Assembly: GCA_964534665.1 (NCBI GenBank)
Contig: CAZHRT010000001.1
Span: 76,037-140,036 of the forward strand
Direction: 5' to 3'
Source of the DNA: an uncultured Methanosarcinales archaeon
GTDB taxonomy: Archaea > Nanobdellota > Nanobdellia > Woesearchaeales > JAHJBD01
Length of the DNA stretch: 64,000 bases
The translations under genes were made by a program, and so were the position numbers. The notes below the pieces were generated by a model, which did no database searches, was not told where the DNA came from, and worked only from the letters and a program-made list of their open reading frames with translations. Position 1 is the stretch's first letter, and every line of letters starts with the position of its first letter. This document shows positions 37,522 through 47,948 of this stretch, piece after piece.

Positions 37522-37690
37522 CTGTCTAATAGCAATGTTTATAAATAAACCAGAGTTTCTTTTATAAGTGTTTAAATAACGGTTTTAAACATTGTACACT
37601 GCCTGGGAAGAAACTTCTACAGTACAACTTTATTCTAGAAGAAATTATCTAACAGCGCATTGTTATAAACGAGGTTTTTAAAGCAAACAA

Positions 37691-38656
37691 ATGCCAAATA
37701 TTCGAAATCCAAGAAGTGGAAGTATGCAGTTTTGGCCTAGAAAAAGGTCAAAGAGAGTTTATGCTAGAGTTAAATCTTGGGCTAAAGTCAAAGATGCAAA
37801 ACTACTTGGTTTTGCAGGCTACAAAGTTGGCATGACACATGCAATAATCATTGATAATAAACAAAAATCAATCACAAAAGGTCAAGAAATTTCTTGTCCA
37901 ATAACAGTGATTGAATGTCCACCTTTAAAATCTGCTTCTATTCGTTTCTACAAAAAAACAATTGATGGCTTAAAAGTCGTTTCTGAAATCTTTGCTGAAA
38001 ATCTTGATAAAGAACTTAAAAGAAAAATTATTATGCCAAAAAGTGTTAAGAAAAAGATTGAAGATATTAAAGAATATGATGACATTACCCTTCTTGTTTA
38101 CACTCAACCAAAACTTACAGGTATTGGAAGGAAAAAACCTGAAATTTTTGAAATAGGTTTAGGCGGAAACAAAGAAGATAAACTAAAATTTGCTCAAGAA
38201 AAACTGGGTAAAGAAATCCCTATTACAGAAGTATTCGAACCAGGTCAACAAATGGATATCCATGCAGTTACTACAGGAAAAGGTTTTCAAGGTCCTGTTA
38301 AACGATTTGGTATTTCTTTAAGACAAAAAAAGTCTGAAAAATCTGTTAGAAACCCAGGTTCATTAGGTGGCTGGAGTGCACAAGGTCATGTTATGTATCG
38401 AGTAGCTCACGCAGGAAAAATGGGTTATCATAAAAGAACTGATTATAATAAGATCCTTCTTCAAATTAATGATAAACCTGAGGAAGTTAATAGAAAAGGT
38501 GGCTTTGGTAAATACGGCCTTGTTAAAAATACATATATATTAGTAAGTGGAAGTGTTGCAGGACCTAAAAAAAGAATAATTAGATTTAATACTGCAATTA
38601 GACCAAATAAAAATATGCCAAATGAGGCACCAACAATATCATACTTAAGCAAATGA
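37691..38656 (+). CDS. rpl3: 50S ribosomal protein L3 (uL3)
   Basis: GYKVGMTHAI..., W...QGHVMYR. Confidence 0.9.
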   Translation: MPNIRNPRSGSMQFWPRKRSKRVYARVKSWAKVKDAKLLGFAGYKVGMTHAIIIDNKQKSITKGQEISCPITVIECPPLKSASIRFYKKTIDGLKVVSEIFAENLDKELKRKIIMPKSVKKKIEDIKEYDDITLLVYTQPKLTGIGRKKPEIFEIGLGGNKEDKLKFAQEKLGKEIPITEVFEPGQQMDIHAVTTGKGFQGPVKRFGISLRQKKSEKSVRNPGSLGGWSAQGHVMYRVAHAGKMGYHKRTDYNKILLQINDKPEEVNRKGGFGKYGLVKNTYILVSGSVAGPKKRIIRFNTAIRPNKNMPNEAPTISYLSK

Positions 38657-39456
38657 AACTAAAAATAGTTGATCAAACAAAAAAAGAAATTGGAGAAAAA
38701 GAATTACCTAACCAATTTAAAGAACCAATTAGAAAAGATATCATAAAAAGGTCTGTACTAGCAATCCAAAGTCATGATAGACAACCTTACGGTGCATCTA
38801 AAAGGGCAGGTATGAGAGCTTCAGCAGAATTATCAAGGAGACGTAATAATTATAGGGGCTCATACGGTCACGGAATCTCAAGAGTTCCTAGAAAAATCAT
38901 GTCAAGTTCTGGAACAAGATTCAATTGGGTTGGAGCAGTAGCACCAGGAACAGTTGGAGGAAGAAGAGCACACCCACCTAAAGCATCTAAAATTTGGGAT
39001 CAAAAAGTCAATATAAAAGAAAACAGAAAAGCTATAAGGAGTGCTATGGCAGCAACATTATCAAAAGAAACTGTTAAAGAACGGGGACATGAAGCACCAG
39101 AAAATTATCCATTTATAATCACATCAGATATTGAAAAAATATCAAAAACTAAAGAAGTAAAACAAATGCTTGAATCAATTGGATTAAAAAACGAACTTCA
39201 AAGATTAACTAAAAAAGTTAGGGCTGGAAAAGGTAAAACCAGAGGAAGAAAGTATAAAATTACAAAAGGTCCACTAATTGTTGTTTCAAGCGACTGTAAA
39301 CTAAAGAAATCAGCATGTAACATCTCAGGAATTGATATTATTGAAGCAAAAAAACTTAACGCTCAATTACTTGCTCCAGGAGCACATCCAGGAAGGCTAA
39401 CATTATGGACTGATAAAGCAATTGATATAATCACAAAGGAGAATTTATTTAAGTAA
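38653..39456 (+). CDS. rpl4: 50S ribosomal protein L4 (uL4)
   Basis: QPYGASKRAGMRASAE, GGRRAHPPK. Confidence 0.9.
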   Translation: MKLKIVDQTKKEIGEKELPNQFKEPIRKDIIKRSVLAIQSHDRQPYGASKRAGMRASAELSRRRNNYRGSYGHGISRVPRKIMSSSGTRFNWVGAVAPGTVGGRRAHPPKASKIWDQKVNIKENRKAIRSAMAATLSKETVKERGHEAPENYPFIITSDIEKISKTKEVKQMLESIGLKNELQRLTKKVRAGKGKTRGRKYKITKGPLIVVSSDCKLKKSACNISGIDIIEAKKLNAQLLAPGAHPGRLTLWTDKAIDIITKENLFK

Positions 39457-39457
39457 A

Positions 39458-39718
39458 ATGGAACCACTAAACATAATCAAATATCCATTATCAACAGAAA
39501 AAAGCATTCGATTAATGGAAGCAGAAAACAAATTAGAATTTGTTGTAGATAAAAAAGCAACAAAAAGTGACATTAAAAAAGCAATTGAAACTGCATTTAA
39601 CGTCAAAATCATAAAAGTTCAAACTTTAATATCACAAACAGGAGAAAAAAGAGCATATGTTCGATTTTCAGATGAAACTCCTGCAATTGATGTAGCAACT
39701 AAATTAGGGTTAATGTAA
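39458..39718 (+). CDS. rpl23: 50S ribosomal protein L23 (uL23)
   Basis: IKYPLSTEKSIRLMEAENKLEFVVD. Confidence 0.9.
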   Translation: MEPLNIIKYPLSTEKSIRLMEAENKLEFVVDKKATKSDIKKAIETAFNVKIIKVQTLISQTGEKRAYVRFSDETPAIDVATKLGLM

Positions 39719-39722
39719 TAAA

Positions 39723-40430
39723 ATGGGAAAAAATCTAGTTCAACAAGCAAGAGGAAAAGGATCACCAAGGTATAAGGCACCTAGCTTTAGATATAAAGGC
39801 GATGCAAGATTTGGTAAATTAAAAGAAGGCGTTGGTAAAATTACAGACATTTTCACAAGTCAAGGCCATTCACCCTTAATGAAGATTATTTGTAAAGACG
39901 GAGAAGAAATACTAATTCAAGCTCCAGAAGGAATTCATGTAGGTCAAGAAATTGCAATTGGTAAAAATGCTGAACCAAAAACTGGCAATATCATACCTCT
40001 TAAAGATATTCCAGAAGGTAGCTTAATATTTAATATTGAAATGAAACCAGGAGATGGTGGCAAACTAGTTAGAAGTTGCGGTACTTCTGCAAGAATTGTT
40101 AGCAAAACAAAAGACAAAGTTTCTGTCTTATTACCTTCAAACAAAACTAAAGTTTTCCATATAAACTGTAGAGCCATGATCGGAACTGTTGCTGCTGGTG
40201 GAATTAAAGAAAAACCTTTCCTTAAAGCAGGTAACAAATTTCACGCAATGAAAGCTAAAAATAAACTTTATCCTCACGTTTGTGGAGTTAGCATGAATTC
40301 AGTAGACCATCCATTCGGTGGAAAATCATCTAACACAAAAGGTAGACCTACACAATCATCAAGAAATGCACCTCCTGGAAGAAAAGTTGGAAAGATAGCT
40401 CCAAAAAGAACAGGTAGGAAAAAGAGGTAA
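39723..40430 (+). CDS. rpl2: 50S ribosomal protein L2 (uL2)
   Basis: GGKLVRSCGTSARIV, HPFGGKSS. Confidence 0.9.
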   Translation: MGKNLVQQARGKGSPRYKAPSFRYKGDARFGKLKEGVGKITDIFTSQGHSPLMKIICKDGEEILIQAPEGIHVGQEIAIGKNAEPKTGNIIPLKDIPEGSLIFNIEMKPGDGGKLVRSCGTSARIVSKTKDKVSVLLPSNKTKVFHINCRAMIGTVAAGGIKEKPFLKAGNKFHAMKAKNKLYPHVCGVSMNSVDHPFGGKSSNTKGRPTQSSRNAPPGRKVGKIAPKRTGRKKR

Positions 40431-40432
40431 AA

Positions 40433-40816
40433 ATGGCAAGAAAAGAATATTCATATAGGGGAAAAAGTCTTGAAGAACTTAAAAATATGGACCTTAAAGA
40501 ATTTGCAGAACTTTTACCATCAAGATTAAGAAGAACAATCAAAAGAGGATTTACAGAACAACAAAAAATCCTTTTAAAAAAGATAAAAAATCAAGAAAAA
40601 GATCTTAAAACACATTGTAGAACAATGATTATCCTACCAGAAATGATTGGTATACAAATCAAAATATATAATGGTAAATCCTTCGAAAACTTAGCTATCG
40701 AAGAAGAAATGATAGGACATGTTTTTGGAGAATTCGTATCAACAAGAAAAAGATTAGCACATTCAGCACCAGGAGTAGGTGCAACTAAATCAAGTTCAAA
40801 TTTATCAGTGAAATAA
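40433..40816 (+). CDS. rps19: 30S ribosomal protein S19 (uS19)
   Basis: YRGKSLEEL..., CRTMIILPEMIGIQIKIYNGK, GEFVSTRK. Confidence 0.9.
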   Translation: MARKEYSYRGKSLEELKNMDLKEFAELLPSRLRRTIKRGFTEQQKILLKKIKNQEKDLKTHCRTMIILPEMIGIQIKIYNGKSFENLAIEEEMIGHVFGEFVSTRKRLAHSAPGVGATKSSSNLSVK

Positions 40817-40817
40817 A

Positions 40818-41399
40818 ATGGATGAATATAATAAAGAACATATGGCAAAAGTCACTGGCAGGTCACTGTCAATCTCAACAAAAATATCTATTGAGATATG
40901 TAATTTTATTAGAAATAAAAAGCTTAGTTGGGCAAAAGCTGAATTAGAAAAAATATCTAAAAAAGAAAAGCCATTGAGACTTACAAGATTTAACAATGAT
41001 AGGGGTCATAAAAAAGGTATGATGGCTGGAGCATATCCAATAAAAGCATCAACCGAAATTTTATCATTATTAAACTCTGTTGAAGCAAACGCACAATTTT
41101 TAGGACTTAACACATCAAACTTAATAATCAAAAAAATTATTGCAACTCAAGGAGCTGGGCAATGGCATTACGGCCGACAAAGAAGAAGAAGAATGAAACG
41201 TACAAACATAGAACTTGTCGTTGAAGAAACTGCTGCAAAAAAAGAAACAAAAATTACAAATAAAAAAGAAACAGTAAAACCTAAAGTTGAAAATAAACCA
41301 GCAATAAAGAAAAAGCTTGATGTTACTGATAATCCTACCAAAGACGTTAAAAAAGTAATTACAGAAGAAAAAATTGTCAAAGAGGAACCTAAAAAATGA
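40818..41399 (+). CDS. rpl22: 50S ribosomal protein L22 (uL22) with K-rich C-terminal extension
   Basis: AKVTGRSLSISTKISIEICNFIRNKKL... L22 fold plus about 60-aa K/E-rich tail. Confidence 0.85.
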   Translation: MDEYNKEHMAKVTGRSLSISTKISIEICNFIRNKKLSWAKAELEKISKKEKPLRLTRFNNDRGHKKGMMAGAYPIKASTEILSLLNSVEANAQFLGLNTSNLIIKKIIATQGAGQWHYGRQRRRRMKRTNIELVVEETAAKKETKITNKKETVKPKVENKPAIKKKLDVTDNPTKDVKKVITEEKIVKEEPKK

Positions 41400-42178
41400 T
41401 TGAAAGAAAATTCGTTGCTCAAAAAATTCAAGAACTTCAAATTCAAGAATATATTACAAATAAAATGAGAAATATTGGTCATAGTAATACTAAACTACAA
41501 AAAACCCCTCTTGGAGAAAAAATTATTGTATATGCATCAAGGCCTGGATTAATCGTAGGTAAAAAAGGGGCAAATATAAGGTCACTTACTAAAAGTCTAA
41601 AAGCAAAATTTAATCTTGAAAATCCAACAATCGAAATTTCAGAAGTTGAAAATATTAATTTAGATGCTAATATTGTCGCTGAAAAAATTGCTGATTCAAT
41701 AGAAAGATTTGGAACATCAAAATTCAAAGCAATAGGTCACAAAGTAATGCAAAACGTAATGGACTCTGGAGCATTAGGTATTGAAATACTAATTGGTGGA
41801 AAAATCCCTAGTAGTAGAGCAAGAACATGGAGATTTTACACAGGTTACCTTAAAAAATGTGGAGACATTGCATTAACAGGTGTTAAATCTGCACAAAGAA
41901 AAGCAAACATAAAAACTGGTACAGTTGGAATAAAAGTTAAAATAATGCCACCAGATATTGAATTGCCTGATAGAATCCAATTAAAAGAAGAAAAAGAAGA
42001 AGTTATTGAAGAAATTCCTGTAGATCAGAAAAAAGAAGAAACTGCTTCAGAAAAGAAAACAGAAAAAGAAGAAGCTAAAGAACAAAAATCTTCCGAAGAA
42101 AAAACTAAAGAAGACGTAAAAGAAAAACCAAAGGAAGAAATTAAAGATCAACCTGAAGAAAAGAAAAAAGATGAGTAA
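41396..42178 (+). CDS. rps3: 30S ribosomal protein S3 (uS3) with K/E-rich C-terminal extension
   Basis: KH domain LIVGKKGANIRSLTKSLKAKF. C-terminal KKEETASEKKTEKEEAKEQKSSEEK. Confidence 0.9.
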   Translation: MIERKFVAQKIQELQIQEYITNKMRNIGHSNTKLQKTPLGEKIIVYASRPGLIVGKKGANIRSLTKSLKAKFNLENPTIEISEVENINLDANIVAEKIADSIERFGTSKFKAIGHKVMQNVMDSGALGIEILIGGKIPSSRARTWRFYTGYLKKCGDIALTGVKSAQRKANIKTGTVGIKVKIMPPDIELPDRIQLKEEKEEVIEEIPVDQKKEETASEKKTEKEEAKEQKSSEEKTKEDVKEKPKEEIKDQPEEKKKDE

Positions 42179-42386
42179 AACAAAAGAACTTAGAGGAATG
42201 CCAAAAGAAGAACTTGAGAAAAGGTTAGATGAGTTACGAAAAGATTTACTAAAAGATAATTCACAAATTGCAACTGGAACAGCACCAAAAAATCCAGGAA
42301 ATCTTAAAAAAAACAAAAAAAGTATTGCTAGAATATTAACCATAATCAATGAAAAAAATAAAGAGGTAAAGAAAAAGGATGAGTGA
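42171..42386 (+). CDS. rpl29: 50S ribosomal protein L29 (uL29)
   Basis: ELRGMPKEELEKRLDELRKDLLK. Confidence 0.85.
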   Translation: MSKTKELRGMPKEELEKRLDELRKDLLKDNSQIATGTAPKNPGNLKKNKKSIARILTIINEKNKEVKKKDE

Positions 42387-42687
42387 AGTATGCCCAACAT
42401 GTGGTCTCCAAAAAGAACTATGTGTTTGTGAAACAATAGCCAAAGAAAGCCAAAAGATAACTATTAAGCTCGATAAAAAAAAGTTTGGTAAGGTATATAC
42501 CATTATCGAAGGTATCGACACAAAAGAGATTGACATAAAAGGTCTTGCAAAAAAATTAAAGAACAAATTCGCTTGTGGAGGAACATACAAAAATGGAAGA
42601 ATCGAACTCCAAGGTGGCCACATGCAAAAAGTCAAAGAAATATTATTAGAAATGGGATTTCCTCCTGAAACAATCGAAACCAAATGA
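42379..42687 (+). CDS. sui1: Translation initiation factor SUI1 (aSUI1/eIF1 homolog)
   Basis: CPTCGLQKELCVCE...KITIKLDKKKFGKVYTIIEGI...CGGT. Confidence 0.85.
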   Translation: MSEVCPTCGLQKELCVCETIAKESQKITIKLDKKKFGKVYTIIEGIDTKEIDIKGLAKKLKNKFACGGTYKNGRIELQGGHMQKVKEILLEMGFPPETIETK

Positions 42688-42920
42688 ACAAACAAAGGAA
42701 ACTAATTCGTGGCGAATTAATCGGCCTCGTAATAGAAGTTCCAAGTGATGGTCTCAAAGGAAAAATCATTGATGAAACAAAAAACACAATAATCATTGAC
42801 GTAAATGGTAAGAAAAAAACCATAATAAAAAACAAAGAAATCAAATTCAAAGATCAAAAAATAACAATAAACAGTGAAAAACTAAGAGTAAAACCAGAAG
42901 AGAGGATAAAATTAAGATGA
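42684..42920 (+). CDS. rnp1: RNase P protein component 1 (Rpp29/Pop4)
   Basis: ELIGLVIEVPSDGLKGKIIDETKNTIII and position between sui1 and rps17 typical for archaea. Confidence 0.8.
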   Translation: MNKQRKLIRGELIGLVIEVPSDGLKGKIIDETKNTIIIDVNGKKKTIIKNKEIKFKDQKITINSEKLRVKPEERIKLR

Positions 42921-43297
42921 CTAACAAAATCAATTTACGGGGAAGGTCCTTTGTATGTGTAGTAGTATCAACAAAAATGCATAAAACTGCAGTAGTTGAA
43001 TGGGAAAGAAGATACTACATGCCAAAATATGAAAGATACGAAAAGAGAAGAACCAGAATAAAAGTTCATATCCCAGATTCAATCAAAATTAAAGACGGAG
43101 ACATAGTTAAAATATCAGAATGTCGACCATTAAGTAAAACTAAAAACTTTACAATTATATGCAAAGTCGGAAAAGAAGAAGGCTTCAAAGAACGTATGGA
43201 AGCTGAAGAAGAAGGCAAAGTAAAAGATAAAGAAATATTAAAAGAAAAGCCAACAGAAAAAGAAGAAAATGAAAGCGATAAAAGCGAAAGTAACTAG
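42917..43297 (+). CDS. rps17: 30S ribosomal protein S17 (uS17) with K/E-rich tail
   Basis: RGRSFVCVVVSTKMHKTAVVEWERRYYMPKYERYEKR. Confidence 0.9.
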   Translation: MTNKINLRGRSFVCVVVSTKMHKTAVVEWERRYYMPKYERYEKRRTRIKVHIPDSIKIKDGDIVKISECRPLSKTKNFTIICKVGKEEGFKERMEAEEEGKVKDKEILKEKPTEKEENESDKSESN

Positions 43298-43670
43298 GGG
43301 ACTTCCAGTAGGTAGTGTTGTTGATACTTGTGACAATTCAGGTGCAAGAGTAGTTAGAATATTTGGAGTAATCCAAAAAAAGACAGTAAAAGGTAGAAGA
43401 TCTGCTGCCGGAGTTGGGGATTTAGTAATGGTTGCAGTAAAAAAAGGTAGACCTGACATGAGAAAACAAACAACTTTTGCTATTGTAGTAAGACAAAAAA
43501 AAGAATACCGAAGAAGAAACGGAATGAGAATCAAATTTGAAGATAATGCTGTTGTTGTACTTAAGGACGAAAAAGGAAATCCAAAAGGAACAATTTTCAA
43601 AGGCCCAATTGCTAAAGAAGCAACTGAAAGATGGCCAGGAATTGCAAAAGTTGCAAAAATAGTTGTATAA
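43269..43670 (+). CDS. rpl14: 50S ribosomal protein L14 (uL14)
   Basis: VDTCDNSGARVVRIFGV..., GDLVMVAVKKGRPDMRK. Confidence 0.9.
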   Translation: MKAIKAKVTRGLPVGSVVDTCDNSGARVVRIFGVIQKKTVKGRRSAAGVGDLVMVAVKKGRPDMRKQTTFAIVVRQKKEYRRRNGMRIKFEDNAVVVLKDEKGNPKGTIFKGPIAKEATERWPGIAKVAKIVV

Positions 43671-43671
43671 A

Positions 43672-44046
43672 ATGAAAAAAATCGTAAAAAGTTGGAAGAG
43701 TAGTATTCAGCCAAGAAAGCAAAGAAAATATAGGTATAACTCTCCACTACACAAAAAACAAAAACTTGTTTCATCACACTTATCAAAAGAACTAAAACAA
43801 AAATACAATAAAAGAAGCATTGGAATAAAACTTGGTGATAAAGTAATAATCGCAAGAGGACAATTTAAAAATAAAACAGGAAAAATCGAAAAAGTTGACC
43901 TAAAGAAATCAAAAGTTATTGTATCAGGAATTGAAATCGAAAGAAAAGATGGAACAAAAACTAAACCATTAATTGAACCATCAAATTTAATTATCACTGA
44001 ACTTATAATTGAAGACAAAAAAAGAAAGAAAATACTCGACAGGTGA
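43672..44046 (+). CDS. rpl24: 50S ribosomal protein L24 (uL24)
   Basis: KOW motif IKLGDKVIIARGQFKNKTGKIEKV. ATG at 43672 just after rpl14 stop (track start 43663 is a TTG). Confidence 0.85.
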   Translation: MKKIVKSWKSSIQPRKQRKYRYNSPLHKKQKLVSSHLSKELKQKYNKRSIGIKLGDKVIIARGQFKNKTGKIEKVDLKKSKVIVSGIEIERKDGTKTKPLIEPSNLIITELIIEDKKRKKILDR

Positions 44047-44050
44047 AAAA

Positions 44051-44728
44051 ATGCATCATTTAAGAAGACTAAACGCACCAAAAAGCTGGCCAATAAAAAG
44101 AAAAAGTAACAAATATCTTAAAAGGCCAAATCCCGGAGCACACCCCATTAAATTAGGTATACCAATAACTATTTTACTAAGGGACGTTATACAAGTTGCA
44201 AAATCAAATAAAGAAGTTAAAAAAATTCTTTATAACAAAGAAGTCTTAGTAGATCAAAAAAGAGTAAAAGATCCAAAATTTATTGTAGGATTATTCGACA
44301 CAATCACCTTACTAAAAGATAATTATAGAATTATAATTGGTAAAAACAAAAAAATCTCTGTAATTGAAATAAAAAATGAAGAATCAAAATTAAAACTATT
44401 AAAAGTAATTGGAAAAACTAAAATTAAAGGAAAAACTCAATTAAATCTTTTCGATTCAAGAAATATTTTGATAGATAAAGACGATTACAAAACAGCAGAT
44501 AGTATATTAATTGATTTACCAAAACAAACAATCAAAGAACATATCAAATTTGATAAGGGTGTCTCAATAATTCTTACTGGTGGAAAACATATGGGTGACC
44601 AAGGTACAATTGAAGATATTTCATCAAATAAAATTATTTACAAAAATAAAGAAAGCGAAAAAATTGAAACATTGAAAAAATACGCTTTTGTTATAGGAAA
44701 ACAAAAACCTTTGATTAAGATAGAATGA
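44051..44728 (+). CDS. rps4e: 30S ribosomal protein S4e
   Basis: MHHLRRLNAPKSWPIKRKSNKYLKRPNPGAH. Confidence 0.85.
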   Translation: MHHLRRLNAPKSWPIKRKSNKYLKRPNPGAHPIKLGIPITILLRDVIQVAKSNKEVKKILYNKEVLVDQKRVKDPKFIVGLFDTITLLKDNYRIIIGKNKKISVIEIKNEESKLKLLKVIGKTKIKGKTQLNLFDSRNILIDKDDYKTADSILIDLPKQTIKEHIKFDKGVSIILTGGKHMGDQGTIEDISSNKIIYKNKESEKIETLKKYAFVIGKQKPLIKIE

Positions 44729-45237
44729 ATAAAATGAGAAATGTTCGGATTGAGAAAATCACACTAAATATTGGTGCAGGTAAAGAACAGGCTAAACTTG
44801 AAAAAGGCCTTCAATTATTAAAAAATATAGTTGGACTTACCCCAGTAAAAACATTCACTAGTAAAAGAATTCCTACATGGGGCATTAGGCCAGGATTACC
44901 AATTGGTTGTAAAATTACCCTTAGAAAAGAAAAAGCTAAAGATATTTTAAAAAGATTACTTGCTGCTAAAGAAAACAGATTAAAACCAAAACAATTTGAT
45001 AAAGGTGGAAATCTTGCTTTTGGAATTCATGAATACATTGACATACCAGAAGTAAAATACGATCCAAAAATTGGTATTATGGGTCTTGAAGTTTGTGTTA
45101 CACTTGAAAGAGCAGGTTTTAGAATCAAAAAAAGATCAATACAACAAAAGAAACTTCCAAAAAGGCAAACTATCTCACAAGAAGAAGCAATGGAATTTTT
45201 CAAAAAAGAATTTAACATTCAAATAGGTGAAGAATAA
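44725..45237 (+). CDS. rpl5: 50S ribosomal protein L5 (uL5)
   Basis: [11 protein letters not shown]..., [24 protein letters not shown]. Confidence 0.9.
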   Translation: MNKMRNVRIEKITLNIGAGKEQAKLEKGLQLLKNIVGLTPVKTFTSKRIPTWGIRPGLPIGCKITLRKEKAKDILKRLLAAKENRLKPKQFDKGGNLAFGIHEYIDIPEVKYDPKIGIMGLEVCVTLERAGFRIKKRSIQQKKLPKRQTISQEEAMEFFKKEFNIQIGEE

Positions 45238-45467
45238 TGACTTATAGTAATTATGAAAAAGCGTTTAAACAATTAAATGCAAAAGGTGCAATAAAAAAGA
45301 AATATATCAAACATAATGCACCAAAAGAAAGATCATGTGGTAAAGCAACAAAACGTTGTATAAGATGTGGCAGAATTGGTGCACATATTTCAAAATATGG
45401 CCTACATGTATGCAGACAATGCTTTAGAGAAATTGGACCAAAAATAGGGTTCAAAAAATTCGGGTGA
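45237..45467 (+). CDS. rps14: 30S ribosomal protein S14 type Z (uS14, zinc-binding)
   Basis: [25 protein letters not shown]. Confidence 0.85.
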   Translation: MTYSNYEKAFKQLNAKGAIKKKYIKHNAPKERSCGKATKRCIRCGRIGAHISKYGLHVCRQCFREIGPKIGFKKFG

Positions 45468-45471
45468 TAAA

Positions 45472-45864
45472 ATGTCTTTAAACGATCCATTATCAAATGC
45501 ACTCTCATTAATATTAAATGCTGAGAGGGTAGGGAAAAAGGAATGCACTATTAGGCCTGTATCTAAGGTTATAGAACAAGTACTTAATGTTATGAAAGAC
45601 AACCTCTTTTTAGGCGAAGTAAACAGAGTAAAAGACGAACGAGGAGATTATATCAAATTAAGTTTACTTGGTAAGATAAACAAATGTGGTACAATCAAAC
45701 CAAGATACCCTATGAAAAAAACAGAGTATGAAAAATTCGAAAAAAGGTTTTTACCTGCAAAAGATTTTGGAATAATCATAATCTCAACACCATTAGGAAT
45801 TACTATCCATACAGAAGCTAAGAAAAAAGCAATTGGTGGAAGACTATTAGCTTATTGTTATTAA
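45472..45864 (+). CDS. rps8: 30S ribosomal protein S8 (uS8)
   Basis: [28 protein letters not shown]. Confidence 0.9.
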   Translation: MSLNDPLSNALSLILNAERVGKKECTIRPVSKVIEQVLNVMKDNLFLGEVNRVKDERGDYIKLSLLGKINKCGTIKPRYPMKKTEYEKFEKRFLPAKDFGIIIISTPLGITIHTEAKKKAIGGRLLAYCY

Positions 45865-45865
45865 T

Positions 45866-46417
45866 ATGGAAAAAACAAAAAAAATTATCGGAGAAATAGA
45901 AATTCCTGAAGGAATAACCCTTGAAGTAAAGGGTAATTTAGTATCAGCAAAAGGTCCAAAAGGGGAGACATCTTTAACAACAAATGAAAAAGCTGCAGAA
46001 GTTAAAGTAGATGGTAATAAAATTATTGTAACGTCAAAAAATATTGGTAAAAAATATAAAAAACAAGTTAATACAATTATTGCAAACATAAAGAACATAA
46101 TCTTGGGTGTAAATGAAGGTTTCGCATACAAACTAAAAGTGTGCTCAGGCCACTTTCCAATGAATGTTTCAATTGGAAACGGCGAATTAGTTGTGAAAAA
46201 TTATTTTGGTGAAAAAATTCCTAGAAATTTAAAATTAAAACCTGGCGTTGAAGTCAAACTTGAAGGAGATATCATAAATGTTACAGGCACAAACAAAAAC
46301 TTATGTGGACAAGTAGCTGCAGATATTGAAAAATTAGCTAGTAGAAGAAGCTTTGACAGAAGAATATTTCAAGATGGCATATACATAATTGAGAAAGCAG
46401 GTAAAAAGATACAATGA
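45866..46417 (+). CDS. rpl6: 50S ribosomal protein L6 (uL6)
   Basis: Two-domain L6 pattern GNLVSAKGPKGE... and GHFPMNVSIGNGELVVKNYFGEK. Confidence 0.85.
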   Translation: MEKTKKIIGEIEIPEGITLEVKGNLVSAKGPKGETSLTTNEKAAEVKVDGNKIIVTSKNIGKKYKKQVNTIIANIKNIILGVNEGFAYKLKVCSGHFPMNVSIGNGELVVKNYFGEKIPRNLKLKPGVEVKLEGDIINVTGTNKNLCGQVAADIEKLASRRSFDRRIFQDGIYIIEKAGKKIQ

Positions 46418-46983
46418 AAAAACTATTAGAATTACGTAAGAAAATCAAACAAAGAAAACCTGAATTCATTAGACAGGATGCTCATAAAAAAGCTAAACTT
46501 AAAAGAAAATGGGTACGTCCAAGAGGAATTGATTCAAAGATTCGTTTAGGACTAAAAGGGTATGGTAAAAAACCAAGTACTGGTTGGAGTTCACCAAAAG
46601 GAACAAAAGGCCTAACAGCTGAAGGACTTATCCCAAAAGTAATCTGTACAGTTAAAGATATACAAAATTTAAATCCTGAAAAAGAAGGTTTAATTATTTC
46701 AAAAACAGTAGGAAAAAAGAAAAAACTTGAAATAATAAAATCAGCTAAAGAAAAATCAATTAAGATTTTAAATATTAAAGATACAGAAAAATATGTAAAA
46801 TCTGTTGAAGAATCACTTGCTTCAAGAAAAGCTAAGAAAAAAGCTATTGAAAAAGCTAAACAAGAAAAGAAAATAGAAAAAGCTAAGAAAGAAGAAAAAA
46901 AGACTGAAGAAAAAGTTGATGAAGACAAAAAAGATTCTGAAAAAAAAGAAAAAGATAAGTTACTAACAAAAAAAGAGATATAA
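46414..46983 (+). CDS. rpl32e: 50S ribosomal protein L32e with K/E-rich C-terminal extension
   Basis: KPEFIRQDAHKKAKLKRKWVRPRGIDSKIRLGLKGYG. Confidence 0.85.
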   Translation: MKKLLELRKKIKQRKPEFIRQDAHKKAKLKRKWVRPRGIDSKIRLGLKGYGKKPSTGWSSPKGTKGLTAEGLIPKVICTVKDIQNLNPEKEGLIISKTVGKKKKLEIIKSAKEKSIKILNIKDTEKYVKSVEESLASRKAKKKAIEKAKQEKKIEKAKKEEKKTEEKVDEDKKDSEKKEKDKLLTKKEI

Positions 46984-46984
46984 A

Positions 46985-47446
46985 ATGAAAGATTTGACTA
47001 CACAAAAAAGATTGGCGGCTAGAATCCTGAAATGTTCAAAAAAGAAGATTTGGTTAGATCCAGAACAATCAGATGATATAAAAGAAGCAATCACTAATAT
47101 AGATGTTAAATCTTTAATCAAAAAGAAAACAATAAAGAAAAAAGGTTCAAACGAAAGTTCAAGAGTTAGAGCAAGAGCAATAAAAATTCAAAAAAGTAAA
47201 GGAAGAAGAAAAGGTCAAGGCTCAAGAAAAGGAAAGAAAAAAGCAAGAACTCCAAAAAAAGAAAAATGGATAAATCATATAAGATCACAAAGAAATTTAC
47301 TAAAACAATTAAAAGAAAATAATAAAATTGAAAATAAAACCTACCGTGACCTTTACTTAAAAGCTAAAGGTGGATTTTTCAGAAGTAAAAGACACTTAAA
47401 ATTATACATAGAAGAACATAACCTAATAAAAAATGAGAATAAATAA
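46985..47446 (+). CDS. rpl19e: 50S ribosomal protein L19e
   Basis: QKRLAARILKCSKKKIWLDPEQSDDIKEAIT. Confidence 0.85.
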   Translation: MKDLTTQKRLAARILKCSKKKIWLDPEQSDDIKEAITNIDVKSLIKKKTIKKKGSNESSRVRARAIKIQKSKGRRKGQGSRKGKKKARTPKKEKWINHIRSQRNLLKQLKENNKIENKTYRDLYLKAKGGFFRSKRHLKLYIEEHNLIKNENK

Positions 47447-47948
47447 AAGAACCTCGGTGCCTTACAAAAGAAAAAGGCAAGGAAAAACAAATTATAAGAA
47501 AAGGTTAAAGCTATTAATGGCAAAAAGACCTAGACTTTGTGTGAGAATCTCACTTAATAGTGTTAAAGCTCAAATAATTGAATATTCACCTGATGGAGAC
47601 AAAATTATTTGTGCAGCAGATTCAAAAACAATACAAAAATTAGGCTCAAAACTTAGCCCATCAAACACTTCAACAGCATATCTTGTTGGTTTAATGGCAG
47701 CTAAATTAGCACAAGAAAAAGGTGTAAAAAGATTAATACTTGATATTGGATTCAAAAAGCCAGTTAAAGGCTCAAAAGTTTATGCAGCATTAAAAGGTGC
47801 TGTTGATGCTGGAATAGAAATTCCTCATAGTGAAGAAGTTCTTCCAACTGAAGACAGAATCAATGGAAAACACATAAAGGGTTTACCTGAAAATCATGTT
47901 AATGAAATCAAAAATAAAATTTTAGGTGCAAAAGATGAAAAAGAATAA
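47433..47948 (+). CDS. rpl18: 50S ribosomal protein L18 (uL18)
   Basis: KRKRQGKTNYKKRLKLLMAKRPRLCVRISLNSVKAQII. Confidence 0.85.
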   Translation: MRINKRTSVPYKRKRQGKTNYKKRLKLLMAKRPRLCVRISLNSVKAQIIEYSPDGDKIICAADSKTIQKLGSKLSPSNTSTAYLVGLMAAKLAQEKGVKRLILDIGFKKPVKGSKVYAALKGAVDAGIEIPHSEEVLPTEDRINGKHIKGLPENHVNEIKNKILGAKDEKE